Source: Xanthobacteraceae bacterium
GTDB taxonomy: Bacteria; Pseudomonadota; Alphaproteobacteria; Rhizobiales; Xanthobacteraceae
Assembly: GCA_049647485.1 (NCBI GenBank)
Contig: JBARXT010000197.1
Coordinates: 184 to 64,183 of the forward strand
Length of the DNA stretch: 64,000 nucleotides
Direction of reading: 5' to 3'
This document shows, piece after piece, positions 58,372 through 64,000 of the stretch (positions are counted from its first letter, which is position 1; each line of letters begins with the position of its first letter). The translations under genes were made by a program, and so were the position numbers. The notes under the pieces were generated by a model, which saw only the letters and a program-made list of their open reading frames with translations, did no database searches and was not told the DNA's origin.

Positions 58372-58752
58372 TTACACCGGATCGAAGTAGTGGATCTCCA
58401 TGAGCAGGCAGCCGTCGACCGACTTGAACGGACCGTGGGGCGCGTGCGGCGGGCGGCAGGCATAGGTGTTCGGCGGGAAGCTCTTGCCGCCCTCGCCGTT
58501 GGCGTCGTTACCGACGATCAAATCGCCGGAAACGAGGTACACTTCCTCCCAGTACTCATGGGAGAACGGCGCGGTCGTATAAACACCGGGCGCGAAACGC
58601 AGCAGCCGCGTGCGCGTACCACGGCGGTTCTCCTCGTCGAGCGCGCCGGACAGGATCTTCTGCTGGATACCAGCCGGATAGCCGGCGGGAGTTTCCCAGC
58701 CGCTATTCATATCGAGCGTATAAAACTCATCGTGCTTCTTGTTCACAGCCAT
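58372..58752 (-). CDS. Cupin-domain protein
   Basis: 126 aa. It has a beta-rich, cupin-like core (HEYWEEVYLVSGDL ... PPHAPHGPF) and lies 23 nt downstream of the monooxygenase gene. Confidence 0.65.
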   Translation of the reverse strand: MAVNKKHDEFYTLDMNSGWETPAGYPAGIQQKILSGALDEENRRGTRTRLLRFAPGVYTTAPFSHEYWEEVYLVSGDLIVGNDANGEGGKSFPPNTYACRPPHAPHGPFKSVDGCLLMEIHYFDPV

Positions 58753-58775
58753 CGGTTTGCTCCTTGAATTTGAAA

Positions 58776-60248
58776 TCAGGCGGCCTTGCCCGGCGCGGTC
58801 GAGACGCCGTTCAGGTCGTAAGAGTCGAGCATGCGTTGAACCAGCGCATCAGACGCGGCCCAGTCGTACGTGCGATAGGAATGGCCCTTGGTCACGAACG
58901 TCGCGCCGGCGTAGAACATCTCATACTGCTGATGGCGCGAGCCGAACTCGGAGCCGACGGCATCCCAGGCGAGCTTGTAGAACTTCACGCGGTCATGGGA
59001 ATTCGCCTTCGGCGACTGCTGCGTCTTGCCGATCAGCGCGGCGATCTCCGGATTGCCGAAATCCGCGATCGAGGACGGCAACATGATCATGCCACCGCCG
59101 GCCAATTCGCGCAGCGTCGAGAGGATGTGCCCGTAAAGCTGCTGCGTAAGCACCTGCGCCGAATAGAGCGTGTGCCGGTGCGGAACGAAGTAAGGGCCGA
59201 CCTGCGAACCCTTGGCTTCCATCGCTGCGACCAGAGCATCCACCATGCCGGTCTCGGCGGCGAGTTGCCCCAGCATCTCGCGCACCTGCGGAAACTGGGT
59301 GACGCCGTTCATCTCGGCAGTGCGATGCGCAAGCCCGGTCAGAAACTTCAGCTTCACGCTGAGACGAACCATCGCCTGATAGTTCTGGTAGACATGGCAG
59401 GGCGTCGCGTGGAACTGCTTTTGGCACATCTCCACATTGCCTTCGATGAAGACGCGATCCCACGGCACTTTCACGTCGTCAAAGTAAAGCACCGAGTCGT
59501 TCTCGTCGAAGCGGCTCGACAGCGGATTGTCGAACACCGACACTGCCGCATCCTCATAGGATTTGCGCGACAGCATCTTGAGGCCCTTGGTGTTCATCGG
59601 GATCGCGAAAGACATCGCGTAACGTTCCTCACCGGGACGCATCGGCTGAATGGTGGTGACAAACACCTCATCAGCGACGACGCCGCCGGTCGCCAGCATC
59701 TTGGCGCCGCGAACGGTGATGCCTTCGGCATCCTGATCGACGACACCGGCGGTCAGGAACGGATCGGCCTGCTCGGCGGCGCCCTTCGAACGGTCCGCCT
59801 GCGGATTGATGATGACGTAGGTGAGATAGAGGTCGTTATCGCGCGCGTAGCGATAGTACGAGGCCAACGCGTCGGCGCGCTTCGGATCGTAGGCATTGAA
59901 CACGTCGAGTCCCATATACATGCCGGCGATGCAGGACGCGACGTGATCCGGCGCGCGACCCATGAAGCCCGCATGCAGCGAAGCCCAGGCTTCCAACGCT
60001 TTGCGCCGCTCGACCAGTTCGGCATAGGACGCCGGTAGCTGCCAGATACGGTTGGCGCGACCGCCGCCGTATTCGAACGTCATCAGGTCGCGATTGTCCG
60101 GTGCGCTGGCGAAATCGAACAGCGACGACATCGAGGTTGCGACGTTGCGAAAAGCATGATGCTTGGTGACATCGTGCACCACCTCGCCGTTAATGTAGAT
60201 GGAACGGCCGTCATTCAGGCTCGACAGGTATTGCTTGGCAGAGCGCAT
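58776..60248 (-). CDS. 4-hydroxyphenylacetate 3-monooxygenase family, oxygenase component (HpaB-like)
   Basis: 490 aa. The family-typical N-terminus is YLSSLNDGRSIYINGEVV.DVT.H.AFRN, with an ACAD-like fold and typical length. Confidence 0.85.
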   Translation of the reverse strand: MRSAKQYLSSLNDGRSIYINGEVVHDVTKHHAFRNVATSMSSLFDFASAPDNRDLMTFEYGGGRANRIWQLPASYAELVERRKALEAWASLHAGFMGRAPDHVASCIAGMYMGLDVFNAYDPKRADALASYYRYARDNDLYLTYVIINPQADRSKGAAEQADPFLTAGVVDQDAEGITVRGAKMLATGGVVADEVFVTTIQPMRPGEERYAMSFAIPMNTKGLKMLSRKSYEDAAVSVFDNPLSSRFDENDSVLYFDDVKVPWDRVFIEGNVEMCQKQFHATPCHVYQNYQAMVRLSVKLKFLTGLAHRTAEMNGVTQFPQVREMLGQLAAETGMVDALVAAMEAKGSQVGPYFVPHRHTLYSAQVLTQQLYGHILSTLRELAGGGMIMLPSSIADFGNPEIAALIGKTQQSPKANSHDRVKFYKLAWDAVGSEFGSRHQQYEMFYAGATFVTKGHSYRTYDWAASDALVQRMLDSYDLNGVSTAPGKAA

Positions 60249-60287
60249 CGGATGTTCTCCAGCGTGTCAGTTGAAACTCAAATTCGG

Positions 60288-60806
60288 TCAGTAGTGGATC
60301 GGGAGCGGCCACTCGGGCTCGCGTTCGGTCTCGTCGACCAGATCGCGATAGCGGCCACGGAAGAAAATGAGCGGCATCGGCGTATCGGGATGGGCGGCGT
60401 GGCGCACGACGCGCACCACGAAGATCACGTGGTCGCCGCCGTCGTAGTTGGCGTAGGGCGCGCATTCGAAATGAGCGAGCGCGCCGGAGATCAACGGCGC
60501 CTCGGCGTGCCCCACCGTGGTTTTCACCTGATCCCACTTGTTCGACAGCGCGCGAGCGAATTTGTTGGAGATGCTTTCCTGCTCGCGTGCCAGCACGTTG
60601 ATGGCGAAGCCCTTGGCCTCAAGCATCGCGGGCAGGCTCAGCGCTTTGCGATCGACACTGAACAGAACCAGCGGCGGATCGACGGAAACGGAATTGAACG
60701 AACTCATCGTCATGCCGACGAGGTCATCGCCCTTGCCGCGTGCGGTCACCACCGCAACGCCGGTAGCGAACTCTCCGAGTGAGCGCCTGAATTCGCGATC
60801 CTGCAT
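60288..60806 (-). CDS. Flavin reductase (HpaC-like, flavin reductase-like domain)
   Basis: 172 aa. FRRSLGEFATGVAVVTA...GMTMSSFNSVSVDPPLVLF is present. Confidence 0.85.
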   Translation of the reverse strand: MQDREFRRSLGEFATGVAVVTARGKGDDLVGMTMSSFNSVSVDPPLVLFSVDRKALSLPAMLEAKGFAINVLAREQESISNKFARALSNKWDQVKTTVGHAEAPLISGALAHFECAPYANYDGGDHVIFVVRVVRHAAHPDTPMPLIFFRGRYRDLVDETEREPEWPLPIHY

Positions 60807-60857
60807 GAAAGACGTGTCCGCGTTGACGTTCTCAAGGATTCCATTATCTTTCTAGAA

Positions 60858-60876
60858 TAGCTTTTTTGTAAAGCTA
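60858..60876. promoter_or_regulatory. TAGCTTT-N5-AAAGCTA inverted repeat (candidate MarR operator)
   Basis: It lies in the conspicuously A/T-rich 170-bp divergent region between the flavin reductase (start 60806) and the MarR gene (start 60977). Confidence 0.4.
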
Positions 60877-60976
60877 ATTTGCGGAATGTCAACGACGGTC
60901 TGGCGAAATTATGTTTCGCGAGAGCGTGCGCGACTCATGATAGACTGAAAAATTCGAGAAAAATGAGGGACTTACA

Positions 60977-61567
60977 GTGAACTCCCCGTTGCTGACGACA
61001 TCACGGCCCGAACTCCTGGACGACAGCGGCGATCAAACCTTCCGGGAGCTTCTGTACGCTTACTTTGCATTCGGGCGCAGCCTAGATGCTGCGCGGGCCA
61101 AGTTTGCGGGTTACGCCGACCTGTCGACGACGCAATATCTGATCCTGATCGCTGTCATGCATTCGCGGCAGGACGAACCCCTGGGAATCAATCAGCTTGC
61201 CGAGCGTCTGTACCTCAGCGGCGCCTTCGTCACCATCGAAGTCAACAAGCTGGTATCCGACGGACTGATCGAAAAGACGACGCACGCAGGCGACCGACGC
61301 CGCGTCCAGCTTGCCGTAACGCCTGCCGGCATCGGGCGCTTGACGAAGCTCGCGGCGTTTCAGCGGCCGGTCAATGACGCGCTGTTTGGAACGCTCTCGC
61401 GCACGGAATTCAAGCAGTTGCTGCTGCTCTTGAATCGCCTCGCCGCACACGGCGATCAGGCAATCAAGCTCGCCGAGCATGTCGAAACGACGTTGCGGTT
61501 GAACGAGGACGAGCCTCTATCCACAACCACGCGTGGCCGCAAGCGAGCTACCGCGCGATCGCGCTGA
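60977..61567 (+). CDS. MarR-family transcriptional regulator
   Basis: 196 aa, with a GTG start. The winged HTH reads LSTTQYLILIAVMH ... LAERLYLSGAFVTIEVNKLVSDGLIEKTTHAGDRRRV. It is divergent from the reductase/monooxygenase operon. Confidence 0.85.
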   Translation: MNSPLLTTSRPELLDDSGDQTFRELLYAYFAFGRSLDAARAKFAGYADLSTTQYLILIAVMHSRQDEPLGINQLAERLYLSGAFVTIEVNKLVSDGLIEKTTHAGDRRRVQLAVTPAGIGRLTKLAAFQRPVNDALFGTLSRTEFKQLLLLLNRLAAHGDQAIKLAEHVETTLRLNEDEPLSTTTRGRKRATARSR

Positions 61568-62363
61568 GGAACCATCAACCGCTTTACGTTGAACGGCGGC
61601 GCGATCTGCTCCGGCGGAAGTAAGCCTGGCGCGGTTCGAAACGGACCGGCCCCATGCGCGCACGAGCACGCCTCCAGCGGCTTATGCGAACCCCTCCCAC
61701 ACGCTCATTGGAAATGGCGTTCATATTGACAGTGTGGCCATTTGGAACAGGAATAAGACGAACATGAGCCTGATCACGCTCTCATTGCGGCGGGTGGGCG
61801 ACACAGGATCGGGAACACGAATTAGCCAGTTCGCCGCAAGCGTTTTGGTTAAGAGCAAAAAGTCGTAGGCACGGGGAAACGTTTTTGCACGGGTACCTTG
61901 GTTGGGAAGAGGCGGCCGCGCGCAGCGTTATCGATGCGCTGAAAGCAAAGCCTAGAGCGTTGCAGGTGACCGGGCGCGTCGCATTTGGCGTGGTCGACAT
62001 GACATTTCGCCATCCGGATACGATGGCCAACATGGTAATAACCGACTGTTCCGATTGGGCAACTAACTGTCCGGAATACAGGTGCACGGCAGTGCAGGCT
62101 TCATCGCCCAATGGACGGACGCACTGCTATGAAGACGTTACCGCGTTTGCCAGGAACAACCATCGTATCGCAACCGGAGGCCGTCGCCGATCACTTGCGC
62201 AGATTCCGGGATCCCCGGATGCGCAACCAGACCAAATCCTATCTACAGAACGGCGGCACGGGATTTGATCCGCCCATACGCGAAGCAGTGCGACTGCTCG
62301 TGACGCGAGACAATCAGTAACTGTCGCGACGAAAAACAAACTGAAAAAAGGGGAGGAGACCAG

Positions 62364-63794
62364 ATGGAAGTGACGGAACCGAAATCCTACTCACGATCGA
62401 TGATCCCGTTTCTCGATCGTTCTCATTCGATCGCGAAACCCGGCTACTCGCGCTGGCTTGTCCCGCCGGCGGCACTGTGCGTGCATCTGTGCATCGGACA
62501 GGCCTATGCCTTCAGCGTGTTCAATCTGCCGATGACCAAGCTCGTCGGCATTTCACAATCGGCGCCGGAGGACTGGAAGCTTACCCAACTCGGCTGGATT
62601 TTTTCGCTGGCAATCTTTTTCCTCGGCGTATCGTCCGCCGTGTTTGGCCGGTGGGTCGAGGAAGGCGGCCCGCGCAAGGCAATGTTCGCCGCAGCCCTGT
62701 GCTGGGCGGGTGGCTTCTTTATCTCCGCTATCGGCGTCAATATCCACAATCTGTGGCTGGTCTATCTGGGCTACGGCGTGCTGGGCGGGATCGCGCTCGG
62801 AATCGGTTATATCTCGCCGGTCTCGACCCTGATCAAATGGTTCCCGGATCGGCCTGGCATGGCCACCGGAATGGCAATCATGGGCTTCGGCGGCGGCGCC
62901 TTCATCGCTTCGCCGCTCTCGGTCTGGCTCATGAGCAAGTTCTCGACACCGACTCATATCGGCGTCATGGAGACGTTCCTCGTGCTCGGCGTCGTCTACC
63001 TGTTCTTCATGTTAGTCGGCTCGATGCTCGTTCGCGTTCCACCTGCAGGATGGGCTCCAGCCGGCTACGTGGCGCCGGCGCAGTCGAAGAAGCTCATTAG
63101 CAAGAACGACGTCTTTGTCTATGACGCACTCAAGACTCCGCAGTTCTGGCTGATCTGGTGGGTGCTGTGCCTTAACGTGACCGCCGGCATCGGCGTGCTC
63201 GGACAGGCGTCCGCCATGAGCCAGGAAATGTTCCCCGGTCATATTACTCCGATAGCAGCCGCCGGCTTTGTCGGCCTGATGAGTCTGTTCAATATGGGCG
63301 GACGCTTCGCCTGGGCGACGACGTCGGATTACATCGGCCGGCGAAACACCTACTTCGTGTTCATGGTGCTGGGCTTTATCCTGTATTGCACGGTGCCTCA
63401 TGCCGGATCGACCGGTAACGTAGGGTTGTTCGTCATCTGCTTCCTGATCATCATCAGCATGTATGGCGGCGGTTTCTCGACCGTGCCTGCCTATCTCAAG
63501 GACATGTTCGGGGTGCGCTACGTCGGCGCCATCCATGGACTGCTGCTTACGGCATGGTCGGCGGCGGGCATCTTCGGCCCGGTCATCGTCAACTATCTTC
63601 GTGAGTATAATATCACTCACGGCGTCCCGAAGGCGCAGGCTTACAACAACACCATGTACATCATGGCGGGCCTGCTGGTGATCGGCTTCATCTGCAACCT
63701 GCTGGTCAAGGCCGTCGATGCACGCTTCCATATGAAGGACAGCAACGAAGCTGGAAGCGCAACGGCAGCGGCGGCTGCGGCCGCCAAAGCTTGA
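62364..63794 (+). CDS. MFS transporter, oxalate/formate antiporter (OFA)-like family
   Basis: 476 aa, roughly 12 TM segments. The OFA-type N-terminus is RWLVPPAALCVHLCIGQAYAFSVF. A GGGGAGGAG Shine-Dalgarno sequence lies upstream. Confidence 0.85.
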   Translation: MEVTEPKSYSRSMIPFLDRSHSIAKPGYSRWLVPPAALCVHLCIGQAYAFSVFNLPMTKLVGISQSAPEDWKLTQLGWIFSLAIFFLGVSSAVFGRWVEEGGPRKAMFAAALCWAGGFFISAIGVNIHNLWLVYLGYGVLGGIALGIGYISPVSTLIKWFPDRPGMATGMAIMGFGGGAFIASPLSVWLMSKFSTPTHIGVMETFLVLGVVYLFFMLVGSMLVRVPPAGWAPAGYVAPAQSKKLISKNDVFVYDALKTPQFWLIWWVLCLNVTAGIGVLGQASAMSQEMFPGHITPIAAAGFVGLMSLFNMGGRFAWATTSDYIGRRNTYFVFMVLGFILYCTVPHAGSTGNVGLFVICFLIIISMYGGGFSTVPAYLKDMFGVRYVGAIHGLLLTAWSAAGIFGPVIVNYLREYNITHGVPKAQAYNNTMYIMAGLLVIGFICNLLVKAVDARFHMKDSNEAGSATAAAAAAAKA

Positions 63795-63805
63795 GAGGGG
63801 AAAAC

Positions 63806-63931
63806 ATGGCAAACGCAACTCAGGACAGTTCGACCACGTTGAAGTTGATCCTCGCATGGGGGTTCGTCGGCATCCCGCTCGTATGGGGTGTGCTACAGAC
63901 CCTCAGCAACGCGATGAAGCTGTTTCAGTAG
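63806..63931 (+). CDS. 41-aa single-TM small protein, probable small partner subunit of the OFA-type MFS transporter
   Basis: Not in the ORF track because it is under 60 aa. The ATG lies 12 nt after the MFS stop and is preceded by GAGAGGGGAAAA. The product is MANATQDSSTTLKLILAWGFVGIPLVWGVLQTLSNAMKLFQ, followed by a 13-bp hairpin. Confidence 0.55.
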   Translation: MANATQDSSTTLKLILAWGFVGIPLVWGVLQTLSNAMKLFQ

Positions 63932-63933
63932 GT

Positions 63934-63974
63934 TTTCGGGTAAACCGGGTGAAAACACGCTGGTTTACCCGAAA
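63934..63974 (+). terminator. Hairpin downstream of the MFS/small-protein pair (possible terminator; no U-tract)
   Basis: The perfect 13-bp stem pairs TTTCGGGTAAACC with GGTTTACCCGAAA, with a 15-nt loop. It starts 3 nt after the TAG at 63929-63931. Confidence 0.4.
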
Positions 63975-64000
63975 CCACCATCAATAACGAACAATGCCCG

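Noticed and set aside
61885-62320. ORFs 61885..62268 (127 aa) and 62111..62320 (69 aa) as real genes.
   Set aside because: They have no recognisable domain or convincing Shine-Dalgarno sequence, and they overlap each other in different frames. I report the region as a possibly decayed or leader region in the findings rather than as CDS features.

Overview
This is a high-GC alphaproteobacterial chromosomal segment. The dispersed hairpin repeats and gene content look Bradyrhizobium/Rhodopseudomonas-like, but that is recollection only; no search was possible. All functions below come from reading motifs in the supplied translations.

Layout:
- (i) 1-5.2 kb: a visibly more A/T-rich surface-glycan locus. 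It holds a GH10 hydrolase with a Tat-like signal, one GT26 and two GT4 glycosyltransferases, and a small secreted 4-Cys protein.
- (ii) 5.3-38.5 kb: an unusually dense acyl-CoA catabolic supercluster.
  - Four AMP-forming acyl-CoA synthetases, four acyl-CoA dehydrogenases and four crotonase-fold hydratases.
  - Two complete MCC/GCC-type biotin carboxylases.
  - A BKACE (DUF849) enzyme, FadH, an SDR, a GST, a Cys-less thiolase-like protein with a DUF35 partner, and an alpha/beta hydrolase.
  - AraC and TetR regulators.
- (iii) 38.6-58.3 kb: three Liv/HAAT-type ABC importers, each wired to different enzymes.
  - One has an embedded fifth acyl-CoA synthetase.
  - One sits with asparaginase, an AllA-like protein and ornithine cyclodeaminase.
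  - One sits with DUF2848 and the monooxygenase genes.
- (iv) 58.4-61.6 kb: an HpaB/HpaC-type two-component monooxygenase, a cupin and a divergent MarR.
- (v) A decayed-looking spacer, then an OFA-type MFS transporter with an untracked 41-aa partner ORF.

I saw no rRNA, tRNA, CRISPR, transposase, integrase or recognisable defence genes.

The best lead is a 16-bp palindrome, TCTAACA-NN-TGTTAGA. It occurs six times, only in promoter-bearing intergenic regions between 20.3 and 31.9 kb. This ties at least nine genes or operons into one apparent regulon whose operator I do not recognise. The enzyme inventory of that regulon lacks a true thiolase, HMG-CoA lyase and FadB-type dehydrogenase. That suggests a non-canonical route for beta-blocked (branched or isoprenoid-like) acyl-CoAs.

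Most long ORFs in the six-frame track that run antisense to these genes are high-GC shadow ORFs.
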